The notes beneath the pieces are model-generated. The model did no database searches and had not been told where the DNA came from. It was given only the letters and a program-made list of their open reading frames with translations. A program made the position numbers and the translations under genes. 59,246 bases of DNA from Actinomycetota bacterium. GTDB lineage: Bacteria; Actinomycetota; Thermoleophilia; Gaiellales; F1-60-MAGs149. Below, one piece after another: positions 25,912 through 35,155 of this stretch. Each line of letters starts with the position of its first letter. The first letter of the stretch is position 1. The stretch spans positions 1 to 59,246 of the forward strand of contig SYIF01000142.1 in the NCBI GenBank assembly GCA_005798855.1, written 5' to 3'.

Positions 25912-27297
25912 CTAGGCCGTGAGGTCGGACGCCATCTCTTCGAAGGCGTCGACGAAGCGCTGGCAATCTTCGAGCGAGTGCTGGATGGACAGTGTCCATT
26001 CCTCTTCACGACCCGGAGTCATGAAGACGCCACGGTTCATGTTGTAGAGCCACGCCAGGTCACAGAGTTCGCCGTCTTGCTGGGCCTTGAACGACTCGTA
26101 GTCGACGATCGGATCATGCGCGAACGTGACGCAGCCCTTCGAGCTAATGCCAACCGTGTAGCCGGGAAGGTTGTACTTCTCGAGCACAGCAGAGCAGCCG
26201 CCGAGCATCACGTCGTTGAGGCGATCCAGGTGCGCGTAGGCGTCGGGTGTCAAGACCTCGAGCAAGTTGACGCGCGCCGCTGCCATGCCAAGCGGGTTGC
26301 CGTTGTAGGTACCCACCTGATAGACGCCACCGTTGCTGACGACTTCCATGACCTCATCGGAACCACCGATGGCACCGATCGGCAGGCCGCCGCCGAGGGC
26401 TTTCGCCAACGTGACCATGTCGGGCATCACGCCGAACTTCTCAACTGCGCCACCCGCTGCGATCGTCATACCCGTCTTGACTTCGTCAAAAATCAGGATG
26501 ATGCCGTGCCTCTTCGTGATCTCGCGGACAGCCTCCAGGTAGCCGGGCTCTGGGAGCACGACACCGAGGTTCATCATCGCCGCTTCCATGATCACGCAGG
26601 CCGGCAGGCGACCCTCCTCGGAGAGGCGCTCAATGCGGCGCTCCATGGCGGGAGCGTCGTTGAAGGGGACCGCGATCGTCATGTCCGAAACGGCCTTCGG
26701 AATGCCGCCGCCATAGGGTAGGGACGCGTAGTTCTCGCGATCGCCAATCGAGTCGTAGTCAACGCCGATCGACACCATCACGTAGTCGTGGTGGCCATGG
26801 TACGAGCCGAAGATCTTGATGATCGTGTCGCGTCCCGTGGCGGCACGGGCGATGCGAATTGCATCCATCGTGGCTTCGGAGCCCGAGTTCGTATAGCGCC
26901 ACTGCGGCAGGCTCCAACGGCGCTGCAACTCTTCGGCGACAACAATCGCATCTTCGGTCGGGGCAGCAAAGTGGGTGCCCTGCGTCATGCGCTCAGCAAC
27001 AGCCTTCGTGATCACCGGATGAGCGTGACCCTGCACCATCGAACCAAAGCCGTTGTGAAAGTCGATCATCTCCGTGCCGTCGACGTCCCAAACCTTCGAG
27101 CCAACACCGCGCTCAAGGTAGATCGGCCACGGGTCGCGAAACTGGTACGACGAGGCGACGCCGCCGGAGAGCACGTGGTTGGCGCGCTTGTACATCTCGC
27201 CGGAGGCAGTGGTGGTGCCATCAAGGACTTTTGCTTCGCGTGCTGTCAATTCCGCAATGCGTCCGCGCTCAAGTTTAATCGGTGTTCGTACCGCCAT
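25912..27297 (-). CDS. Class-III PLP aminotransferase, glutamate-1-semialdehyde aminomutase-like paralogue
   Basis: It has NSGSEATMDAIRIARA, IFDEVKTG and TLAKALGGGLP (PLP lysine). The ATG at 27297 is preceded by GAGGAGGA. Its length (461 aa) and termini differ from canonical HemL, so substrate specificity is open. Confidence 0.8.
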   Translation of the reverse strand: MAVRTPIKLERGRIAELTAREAKVLDGTTTASGEMYKRANHVLSGGVASSYQFRDPWPIYLERGVGSKVWDVDGTEMIDFHNGFGSMVQGHAHPVITKAVAERMTQGTHFAAPTEDAIVVAEELQRRWSLPQWRYTNSGSEATMDAIRIARAATGRDTIIKIFGSYHGHHDYVMVSIGVDYDSIGDRENYASLPYGGGIPKAVSDMTIAVPFNDAPAMERRIERLSEEGRLPACVIMEAAMMNLGVVLPEPGYLEAVREITKRHGIILIFDEVKTGMTIAAGGAVEKFGVMPDMVTLAKALGGGLPIGAIGGSDEVMEVVSNGGVYQVGTYNGNPLGMAAARVNLLEVLTPDAYAHLDRLNDVMLGGCSAVLEKYNLPGYTVGISSKGCVTFAHDPIVDYESFKAQQDGELCDLAWLYNMNRGVFMTPGREEEWTLSIQHSLEDCQRFVDAFEEMASDLTA

Positions 27298-27373
27298 GAT
27301 GTCCTCCTCGGTGCGCCTGATCACGCAGTTAACCTCTGTACGATACGGCCCCTGCGGGGGTGCCGTCAATGTT

Positions 27374-28042
27374 CTACGACGCGACGAACATCGTTTCGGC
27401 GACGTCCTGTCGTTCGCGGATCAGGGCGCGCACGCCCTCCGTGTCGCCCGCGCGCAACATTTCGATGGGGTCTGGATCGCCGTTGACGAGTCCCTCAAAA
27501 AAGACTTTGCGGTCGTTGTACGTCGGAAACAGATCTTTGGCCCAGCCGCGGATGCCGTTAAGCATCACAGCGAACTCGGCATGTGGTTCACCGTAGGTCT
27601 CGAGGATCTCGCGCTTGAGGCGCTTGGCGAGTGCTGGGCTGGCGCCCGAGGTCGAGATTGCGATCGCGATCGGTCCGCTGCGGACGACCGCCGGCAGGAT
27701 GAAGTTGCAGAGTGGTGGTACATCGACGATGTTGACGAGCATCGCGCGCTCTTCGGCCCGGCGATAGATCTCGACGTTCAGCTGCGTGTCCTCGGTCGCG
27801 GCGACCACCAAGAGGCGTCCTTCGAGATCCGCAGGCGTGTACTCGCGTAATTCGATCGTGATCGCACCCTCGTTGGCCAACTCGTGCACCTCTGCGCAGG
27901 CCGTCTTCGTAATCACGTGGACTGCGGCGTTGGCCGCCAAGAGGCCCTCGATCTTCTCAAGCCCAATCGGGCCAGCCCCAACGACGAGGGTCGGGCGATC
28001 CGTCAGATCGAGACACGCCATGTAGAACGTCTTCTCGAGCAT
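27374..28042 (-). CDS. Precorrin-2 dehydrogenase / sirohydrochlorin ferrochelatase (SirC / CysG N-terminal domain type)
   Basis: It has LDLTDRPTLVVGAGPIGLEKIEGLL, VNIVDVP and SGASPALAKRLKREI. The start is uncertain; the track gives 28108, and I prefer the ATG at 28042. Confidence 0.8.
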   Translation of the reverse strand: MLEKTFYMACLDLTDRPTLVVGAGPIGLEKIEGLLAANAAVHVITKTACAEVHELANEGAITIELREYTPADLEGRLLVVAATEDTQLNVEIYRRAEERAMLVNIVDVPPLCNFILPAVVRSGPIAIAISTSGASPALAKRLKREILETYGEPHAEFAVMLNGIRGWAKDLFPTYNDRKVFFEGLVNGDPDPIEMLRAGDTEGVRALIRERQDVAETMFVAS

Positions 28043-28141
28043 TTTGGCGTTGCACGACGCATCGCAACGATCAAGAGCAATTTCACAAACACAGGGTCTG
28101 GGAGGCATACAGAAAGACTATCGCGGCTCCCAAGGTGGCGG

Positions 28142-29257
28142 ATGGGTCACGATTGCCCGATGGGACACGTCAAGCACCTCTATGTCCACGTTCCGTTTTG
28201 CGCGCACCGCTGCGGGTACTGCGACTTTGTGACGGTGACGGGCAACGACGATCGTCACGCAGCCTACGTCGAAGCGATATTGGGCGAACTCAAGACGCGT
28301 GGCTCGGTGCTTTCCGATCCCGTCGAGACGGTGTACGTCGGTGGCGGCACGCCATCCAAACTGGGCCCACAGCTCTTGGCGTCACTGCTCGACGCGCTCC
28401 CGCAGGCCACGATCGAGACGACGGTGGAGTGCAACCCTGAAGGCGTCGATCCCGCACTGGCCGAGATGCTGGGAGAGCGTGCCGTGCGCGTCTCCCTTGG
28501 GGCACAGACGTTCGCCGCGCCACTGCTCGCTACGTTAGAGCGCCAGACGACGCCCGAGCAGGTCCGCGCCGCGGTTGCGTTGCTGCGCGAGGCGCGGATT
28601 CCATCGCTGTCACTCGATCTGATCTACGGGATTCCCGGCGAGCGCGAAAGTGACTTAGCGCGCGATCTGGCGGTCTTTGAGGAGCTTGGCCCCGACCATG
28701 TCTCCGCCTACGAACTCGAGGCGAAGCCCGGCACGCGCTTCTCAATTCATCATGGAGCCGAGCTCGAGGCGCAGGGCGAGTTGCTGGAGCGCCACATGGA
28801 TCTCGTGATTGACTCACTCGGTTACTCGGGTTACAGCTGGTACGAGATCGCCTCGTTTGCTCGCGGTCGCGAGCACGAGGGGCAACACAATCGGGCGTAC
28901 TGGCTGGGGCGCGATTATCTCGGTCTTGGGATCGGAGCTGTTTCGACGGTTGCGGGTGCCCGTCGTGTCAACGCTCCCAAGCTTTCCGCGTACATCGAGG
29001 ATCCGGCAGCAGCACCAGCCACGATCGAGTTGATCGACGAACGCGCGCGTCAGACCGAACGCCTAATGCTCGGACTTCGCCTTGCGGACGGTGTGCCGCT
29101 CTCGGAAGTTGCGGACGTGCTCAACCGTTCAGCGTTAGAGCGACTCGTGCAGATTGGCATTGCCACCACGACGGACGATACGATCCGTTTAGATCGGCGC
29201 GGTCGCATGCTCCTACACGATTGTGTCGCAGACCTCCTTGATGATGATGCTGCCTGA
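28142..29257 (+). CDS. hemW: Radical-SAM heme chaperone HemW (coproporphyrinogen III oxidase-like)
   Basis: It has HLYVHVPFCAHRCGYCDF (CxxxCxxC) and GGGTPS. The start is ATG 28142 or 28160; the track start at 27884 would overlap the divergent gene. Confidence 0.9.
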   Translation: MGHDCPMGHVKHLYVHVPFCAHRCGYCDFVTVTGNDDRHAAYVEAILGELKTRGSVLSDPVETVYVGGGTPSKLGPQLLASLLDALPQATIETTVECNPEGVDPALAEMLGERAVRVSLGAQTFAAPLLATLERQTTPEQVRAAVALLREARIPSLSLDLIYGIPGERESDLARDLAVFEELGPDHVSAYELEAKPGTRFSIHHGAELEAQGELLERHMDLVIDSLGYSGYSWYEIASFARGREHEGQHNRAYWLGRDYLGLGIGAVSTVAGARRVNAPKLSAYIEDPAAAPATIELIDERARQTERLMLGLRLADGVPLSEVADVLNRSALERLVQIGIATTTDDTIRLDRRGRMLLHDCVADLLDDDAA

Positions 29258-30281
29258 CCTCGACCTCACCCAACGACGCCAACTGGTACTGCGTGCCGTC
29301 ATTGAGGAACACATTTTGACGGGCCAGCCTGTTGGTTCGAAGACGTTGTCGGCCCGTCGCGGCTTTGAGTCTTCTGCCTCGACGCTGCGCAACGAGCTCG
29401 CCTGGCTCGAATCGGTCGGTCTGCTCGGACATCCCCACACCTCAGCCGGGCGCGTCCCAACCGAACTCGGCTATCGCTTTTATGCCGGCGAGCTGTTGTC
29501 CGAACGGATTGCAGCCGAACCAATGGTGCTGGATCTGAGTGAGGCCACTCAAGAGGTGGATGACGCTCTGCGTGCCACCACCGAAGCACTCTCACAGGTG
29601 ACTCGCCTGTTGGCGATCGCGAGCTCACCGAGCGTGGCGACGATTGACGTCCGACACATTGAGGTCCTAACGCTGCAGCCGCAGGTTCTGATGGTTCTTG
29701 TGATTACCGGTTCTGGCGCGGTCGCCAAACGCGTCTTTGCCTTTGAGGGACCGGTCGATCCGGGGCTAGCGGAGTGGGCGAGGGAGTATCTCAACGAAAC
29801 GTTCACGGGCGGTTCGTTGTCCGAGCGCTCGGTTCGGGCACGGCTTTCGTCCGACGCGATCGACGCGCGGGAGCGGGCCTTCCTGGCCGCCATTGCGCCG
29901 GTCTTCCACGACATCTTCGATTCCAGCGCAGACGGCCTCTTTGTCGGAGGGGCGTCGAGATTGATGAGCGAGTTGCGTGCGCAGGATCAGCACGAGCTGA
30001 ACGAGCTAGCCTCCGTGCTCGAGGAGCGTGCGGTCATGCTCGACCAGCTGCGCGATGCGTTACGCGGTGATCAGGTGACGGTACGAATCGGCGAAGAGCA
30101 CCTGGCACCGGCCCTGCGTCCTGTCGCGATGGTGACGGCCGGCTACGGATTGCCACATCGCGTGCTGGGAGCGATCTCGGTGATCGGCCCGGTGCGGATG
30201 GATTACGCCCATGCGATCGTCGCCGTGCGTGGTGCAGCAGCCGCCCTCAGCTCGTACGTCGAGGACGTCTACGAGGATTGA
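29241..30281 (+). CDS. hrcA: Heat-inducible transcriptional repressor HrcA
   Basis: It has LTQRRQLVLRAVIEEHILTGQPVGSKTL, LRNELAWLE..GLL.HPHTSAGRVPT, and sits in a hemW-hrcA-dnaJ arrangement. Confidence 0.9.
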   Translation: MMMLPDLDLTQRRQLVLRAVIEEHILTGQPVGSKTLSARRGFESSASTLRNELAWLESVGLLGHPHTSAGRVPTELGYRFYAGELLSERIAAEPMVLDLSEATQEVDDALRATTEALSQVTRLLAIASSPSVATIDVRHIEVLTLQPQVLMVLVITGSGAVAKRVFAFEGPVDPGLAEWAREYLNETFTGGSLSERSVRARLSSDAIDARERAFLAAIAPVFHDIFDSSADGLFVGGASRLMSELRAQDQHELNELASVLEERAVMLDQLRDALRGDQVTVRIGEEHLAPALRPVAMVTAGYGLPHRVLGAISVIGPVRMDYAHAIVAVRGAAAALSSYVEDVYED

Positions 30282-30291
30282 TGGTCGTGGC

Positions 30292-30492
30292 GTGAATTGG
30301 GCGCTGCTGGCAGCCGGCGTCGCCCTCGCCAGCTATCAGACATGGGCGATCTGGCTGCGTTGGAGCGAGGTGCATGGTCTCCCAACTGCCGATCGCAAGA
30401 TCATGCTTTGGACGTTGATCCTGACGCGTGGACTCGGCTGGCTGCTCGGAGTAGGGCTGATTGTTGGGGCGTTATACCGCGCGACCCAGTGA
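30292..30492 (+). CDS. Small hypothetical membrane protein (2 TM, Trp-rich)
   Basis: 66 aa from the GTG at 30292 (VNWALLAAGVALASYQTWAIWLRW...LGWLLGVGLIVGALY), filling the hrcA-dnaJ gap. Confidence 0.4.
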   Translation: MNWALLAAGVALASYQTWAIWLRWSEVHGLPTADRKIMLWTLILTRGLGWLLGVGLIVGALYRATQ

Positions 30493-30535
30493 TGGTGTCA
30501 GGCGGGAGCGTCAACCCCGATAGGATGCCCGGCGA

Positions 30536-31663
30536 ATGTCCACGCCGCGCGATTACTACGAGATTCTTGGTGTGTCGCGCGACGCGTCGGACGACGAGAT
30601 CAAGAAGGCCTTCCGCAATCTTGCGCGCCAGCATCACCCGGACGTCAATCCGGACAACCCCGAGGCAGCCGAGACCTTCCGCGTAGTGGCCGAGGCCTAT
30701 GAGGTTCTCTCGGTCACAGAGACGCGTGTGCAGTACGACCGCTTTGGGCACGCCGGAATCTCAGGTGCAGGTGCGGGCGGTGGCGCAGGCTTCGGCAATC
30801 TTGACGATATTCTTGGCATGTTTTTTGGTGACGGCATGTTTGGTGGACGCGGTGCTCGGCGCGGTCCGCAGGCTGGTCCCGATGCCGCCACAGCAATCTC
30901 GCTGACGCTACGCGAAGCGGCCGTTGGCGTGCAGCGCGACATTGAGGTCGAGATCGTTGCTCCTTGCGACCGCTGCTCTGGTTCCGGGGCAGAGCCACCG
31001 ACGCGCCCAATTCCCTGCCCGACCTGTGGTGGACTCGGACAGGTACGACAGATTTCGAATACGCCGCTGGGCCAGATCGTTCGCGAGATGCCGTGCCCGG
31101 GGTGTCGTGGCCGCGGTGCAACCGTCGAGACCCCGTGCGGCGATTGTCGCGGCCAGGGCAAGCAGCCCGAGCGTCGTACCGTCAGCGTGGGCATTCCTGC
31201 TGGTGTCGACACGGGGCAGCGCGTGCGCGTCGTGGGGCAGGGCCATGCCGGCGATGCTGGCGCCCCCGCTGGCGATCTCTACGTGGCGATTCAGATCGAG
31301 GACGACCCGGCGATCGAGCGAGAAGGCTTCGACCTCCACGTGCTTGTCGACCTAACCGTCACTCAGGCGATGTTGGGCGCCACGGTTCACGTGCCGACCT
31401 TGGAGGGCATGGAGACGATCGTCTTGCAATCTGGAACCCAGCCGGGCGATCGGCGTACGTTGCGCGGTAAGGGCATGCCGCAGATTGGCAACGAAAATCG
31501 TCGCGGTGACCTGCACGTCATGTTCGCCGTTCACATTCCTAAGAAGCTCGAACCAACGACGCGGCTGCTCGTCGAAGAACTGGACAAGGCGATTCCTGAG
31601 GATGCGTACAAGACCGAATCCGGTTTCTTCAATCGCGTCCGACGTGGGTTTAGTGGTGGTTGA
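30536..31663 (+). CDS. dnaJ: Molecular chaperone DnaJ
   Basis: It has a J domain ([15 protein letters not shown]), a Gly-rich linker and four CxxCxGxG zinc-finger repeats. Confidence 0.95.
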   Translation: MSTPRDYYEILGVSRDASDDEIKKAFRNLARQHHPDVNPDNPEAAETFRVVAEAYEVLSVTETRVQYDRFGHAGISGAGAGGGAGFGNLDDILGMFFGDGMFGGRGARRGPQAGPDAATAISLTLREAAVGVQRDIEVEIVAPCDRCSGSGAEPPTRPIPCPTCGGLGQVRQISNTPLGQIVREMPCPGCRGRGATVETPCGDCRGQGKQPERRTVSVGIPAGVDTGQRVRVVGQGHAGDAGAPAGDLYVAIQIEDDPAIEREGFDLHVLVDLTVTQAMLGATVHVPTLEGMETIVLQSGTQPGDRRTLRGKGMPQIGNENRRGDLHVMFAVHIPKKLEPTTRLLVEELDKAIPEDAYKTESGFFNRVRRGFSGG

Positions 31664-32423
31664 TCCGCCACTGACCCGCTGGCAGATCGAGGTGCCGGCT
31701 GCGCGCGCAGAGGAGGCGATTGCCGTCCTGCTTGAGGCCTTTCCGGGAGGTCTCGAAGAGGTCGCACGCGGTGGTGGGATTGGCTATGCCGGCTTTCTCG
31801 GTGTCGACGAGCCCGCACCAGACCTGCCCGACTGGATGGTGGCGACGCCGGAGCCTGTCCCAGATGGGTGGCGCGAGGCGTGGCGCCAGTTTCATCACCC
31901 CGTCCAGATCGGTGATGTCTGGGTGCGGCCGCCGTGGATCGCAGAGCCTACCGACGCTGTGATTTTGGGGCCGGGGCGCGCCTTCGGCACGGGCGCACAC
32001 GGCACGACGCGCGGTGCGGGCATGCTGCTGCTCGACGAGCCGCCTGGGCGATTGCTGGACCTCGGTTGCGGTTCGGGTCTGCTCTCAATTCTTGGTGCCT
32101 ATCGCGGGCACGGACCAATCTTGGCGATGGACATTGATCAGCACGCGATCGACTCGACGCGCGAGAACGCCGAGGTCAACGGCTTTCAAGATCAGATCGA
32201 GACGCGCCTCGGCGACGTAATCGTGGAGCCGCTGCCGAAGTCGGACCTCGTTGTCGCCAACATCGAGCGCAAGCTGATTGAGATGCTGCTGCAGCGAGAA
32301 GGCCTGCCGAATCGCATTATCGTCAGCGGCCTGCGGATCGAGGACACCGTTGACCATTATGGTTGGTCGCTCGTGACGCAACACGTTCTCGACGGTTGGC
32401 GTTCCGCGCTCCTCGTGCGCTAG
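31653..32423 (+). CDS. prmA: Ribosomal protein L11 methyltransferase
   Basis: It has FGTGAHGTT and the SAM motif [12 protein letters not shown]. Start candidates are GTG 31644, 31653 and 31656, overlapping the dnaJ stop. Confidence 0.85.
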   Translation: MVVDPPLTRWQIEVPAARAEEAIAVLLEAFPGGLEEVARGGGIGYAGFLGVDEPAPDLPDWMVATPEPVPDGWREAWRQFHHPVQIGDVWVRPPWIAEPTDAVILGPGRAFGTGAHGTTRGAGMLLLDEPPGRLLDLGCGSGLLSILGAYRGHGPILAMDIDQHAIDSTRENAEVNGFQDQIETRLGDVIVEPLPKSDLVVANIERKLIEMLLQREGLPNRIIVSGLRIEDTVDHYGWSLVTQHVLDGWRSALLVR

Positions 32424-32459
32424 GTCGAGAGAGGTAGCGCTGCAAGGTAGCCTACGTCG

Positions 32460-33161
32460 ATGGCGCACGTCTTTCGATTCTTTCTTCCCGTTTCGTCCGA
32501 GGACTTGGTGGTTGACAGCACGGTGCGGCTTGCTCCTGACGATGCCAAGCGGCTGCACAAAGTACTGCGGGTAGAGGCGGGGGAGAGCGTGGAGATCGCC
32601 GATGGTCGCGGACGCGTTTTCGTGGCCACCGTCGCCAACCCGCGTGCGGGCGAGGTGGTGTTGAGCGAGGAGATCCCGGGCCAACCTTCGCTGCTTCCAA
32701 TTCGGGTGCTGCTGGCACAGAGCGGTCCACGTGCTGACGACGCCGTGGAGAAGCTGGTCGAGCTCGGCGTAGCGGAGATCAGTCCGCTGCAAGCGCGTGG
32801 TCGCCGTCGTGAGGCGCGCATCGACCGCTGGCAACGCATCGCCGAGGGTGCTGCGGCACAGGCGAAGCTGGTCATGATCCCGACGATCAGTGCGCCGATC
32901 GCGTATCGAGACGCGCTTGTGCCCGGCGCGATCGTCTGTTCGCATGAGCACGATGATTCGTCGCTGGCGGATGCCCTTGCTGCTCTGGCCTCACCGATCA
33001 CGCTGTTGATTGGGCCGGAAGCGGGATTCTCTGACGAGGAGCTTGGCGCTGCCCAGCAGGCTGGAGTGCCGATCGTGCGGTTCGGGCAGACCGTGCTGCG
33101 GACGGAGACAGCGGCAGTCGTCTTCGCTGCGTTGGTGATCGACCGACTATCCTCGGTGTAG
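32460..33161 (+). CDS. rsmE: 16S rRNA (uracil1498-N3)-methyltransferase
   Basis: 233 aa. It has HVFRFF, HKVLRV..GE.VEI.DG.G and LIGPEAGFS.EE motifs of the RsmE/DUF558 SPOUT family. Confidence 0.85.
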   Translation: MAHVFRFFLPVSSEDLVVDSTVRLAPDDAKRLHKVLRVEAGESVEIADGRGRVFVATVANPRAGEVVLSEEIPGQPSLLPIRVLLAQSGPRADDAVEKLVELGVAEISPLQARGRRREARIDRWQRIAEGAAAQAKLVMIPTISAPIAYRDALVPGAIVCSHEHDDSSLADALAALASPITLLIGPEAGFSDEELGAAQQAGVPIVRFGQTVLRTETAAVVFAALVIDRLSSV

Positions 33162-33185
33162 ACCACCGGTACGAAAGGCGTCACC

Positions 33186-33623
33186 ATGATCGAGCAGGTA
33201 GAGGCAGATCTCCGCACCGCGCGTCTGGCGCGCGATAGCGAAACGGTCGGTGCGCTCTCGATGCTGCTCGCCGCACTCAAGGACGCCGAGAAGTCAGCTG
33301 GCACGCTTGACGACGCTGGGGCGATTCAGGTCTTAACTCGGGAGCGCAAGAAGCGCGTCGAGGCAGCTGAGAGCTTCCGGGAAGGCGGGCGCGAAAACGA
33401 CGCCGTTAAGGAGGAACAGGAGGCCGCGATGATCGATCAGTACCTGCCTGCTCAGATGATCCAGAGCGAAGTCGACGCGATCATTGCTGCGGCGATCGCC
33501 GAGGCGGGCGCGACGTCGGTCAAGGACCTCGGCTCCGTGATGAAGCTCGTGCAGCCGCAGACCGCGGGGCGCGCCGATGGTAAAGCTGTGGCGAACGCCG
33601 TGCGCGAAGCCTTGGGAGCTTGA
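33186..33623 (+). CDS. GatB/YqeY domain-containing protein
   Basis: 145 aa. It has DLRTARLARD...L..A.K..E, F..GGRE, EE..I.QYLP and DLG.VMK motifs. Confidence 0.85.
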   Translation: MIEQVEADLRTARLARDSETVGALSMLLAALKDAEKSAGTLDDAGAIQVLTRERKKRVEAAESFREGGRENDAVKEEQEAAMIDQYLPAQMIQSEVDAIIAAAIAEAGATSVKDLGSVMKLVQPQTAGRADGKAVANAVREALGA

Positions 33624-33647
33624 CCACGTGCCGCTAGGCTACGCGGG

Positions 33648-34598
33648 TTGAGTCGAACCTCTTTCACCGTCACTGACGCCCTTGCGCGCGAGTTGTCCTC
33701 GCGTAGCGATGAGGTACTTCGGGCCGTCGCCATCGCTGCCAGCTGCAAGGTCTATCTCCGTGGTGATGAGGTGATGCTCGATGGTGACGATGATCAGATC
33801 AAGCATGCGCAGGCCGTTCTAGGCGAACTTCGTGACGTGGTGGACGGAGGACAGGCTCTGGAGACTCAGACCGTTGAGGCCGTGACGGGCGTTTTGGCAG
33901 CGAACGGCAGCGCGAAGGAAGTTCTGGGTGATGTCGTCTGGCGCTACCGCAACAACACGATCCAACCGCGCACCGTCAATCAGAAACGCTACGTCGACGC
34001 GATCCGCTCGACGACGATGACGTTTGGCTGCGGACCAGCCGGCACGGGTAAGACCTATCTCGCGATGGCGCTGGCCGTGGCGGCACTCGAGTCGCGTCAG
34101 GTCTCACGCATCGTCCTGACGCGACCAGCGGTCGAGGCCGGCGAGCGCCTTGGCTTCTTGCCGGGCGACCTGATGGCGAAGGTCGACCCCTACCTGCGAC
34201 CACTGTTTGATGCGCTCTACGACATGATGGACGGCGAGCGGGTGACGGCAATGCTGGAGCGCGGCGTGGTGGAGGTTGCTCCGCTCGCGTTCATGCGCGG
34301 CCGCACACTCAACGATGCGTTCATCATCCTCGACGAGGCGCAGAATACGACGCGTGAGCAGATGCGGATGTTTCTAACGCGGCTCGGTTTCGGCTCGCGG
34401 GCCGTGATCACCGGCGACCCCACGCAGATCGACCTGCCGCGCGATCAGATGTCTGGCCTCAACGAGGCACGCCAGGTCTTGGACGGTGTCCCAGGGATCC
34501 GGATTATCGAGTTCGAGCGCGCCGACGTGGTTCGGCACAAGCTCGTTCAGAGCATTGTTGAGGCCTATCGAATCTCGGACGAGGCCCGCGACGCGTGA
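33648..34598 (+). CDS. phoH: PhoH-family ATPase (PhoH/YbeZ)
   Basis: 316 aa. It has Walker A (GPAGTGKTYLA), FIILDEAQNTT and ITGDPTQIDLP. Confidence 0.9.
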   Translation: MSRTSFTVTDALARELSSRSDEVLRAVAIAASCKVYLRGDEVMLDGDDDQIKHAQAVLGELRDVVDGGQALETQTVEAVTGVLAANGSAKEVLGDVVWRYRNNTIQPRTVNQKRYVDAIRSTTMTFGCGPAGTGKTYLAMALAVAALESRQVSRIVLTRPAVEAGERLGFLPGDLMAKVDPYLRPLFDALYDMMDGERVTAMLERGVVEVAPLAFMRGRTLNDAFIILDEAQNTTREQMRMFLTRLGFGSRAVITGDPTQIDLPRDQMSGLNEARQVLDGVPGIRIIEFERADVVRHKLVQSIVEAYRISDEARDA

Positions 34599-35038
34599 GC
34601 GTCGAACTCGACGACAGGGCAGAGTCCGGAGTCTCGGAGTCAGAGATCGATCGTGTGGTCGCCGCCGTGCTGTTGGCCGAAGCGATTGGCGAGGTCGAGG
34701 TCGGTGTGATCATCGTGGGCGAGTCCGACATGCAGGCGCTCACCCGCGAGCATCGCGAGCAAGACTCAGCAACGGATGTGCTGTCCTTCCCGATCGATGA
34801 TGACGAGTCGCTTCCCGGTGTGCCACGCATGCTCGGCGATGTCGCCATCTGTCTTCCTGTCGTGCTCGCACAGGCGGCAGAGCGCGAGGTTTCGCCCGCG
34901 GCCGAATTGACAGACCTGTTGATCCATGGCGTCCTGCACCTCTTGGGCTACGACCACGAGACAGACGCGGGCGAAATGCTGTCGCGGCAGGACGAGATCG
35001 GCGATGAGATCGCGACGATTATGTGGCAGCCCGCGTAG
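34595..35038 (+). CDS. ybeY: rRNA maturation endoribonuclease YbeY
   Basis: 147 aa. It has TDVLSFP and the zinc motif HGVLHLLGYDHE, with a 4-nt overlap with phoH. Confidence 0.9.
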   Translation: MSVELDDRAESGVSESEIDRVVAAVLLAEAIGEVEVGVIIVGESDMQALTREHREQDSATDVLSFPIDDDESLPGVPRMLGDVAICLPVVLAQAAEREVSPAAELTDLLIHGVLHLLGYDHETDAGEMLSRQDEIGDEIATIMWQPA

Positions 35039-35155
35039 GTCCGCGGAGAATGGGTGCGTCTCGGGTCCGAACGTGCGCGCAGACGATGACAGTCTGTGTG
35101 GGGCCAGCGCCAATCTGAGCCAACGGCGTTGTTGCAGTCGTGGCAGCGTCTGGTC

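Noticed and set aside
29100-30540. A CIRCE operator (TTAGCACTC-N9-GAGTGCTAA) for HrcA near hrcA or dnaJ.
   Set aside because: No match or near-match was seen by eye on either strand in the hemW 3' end, the hrcA upstream region or the dnaJ upstream region.
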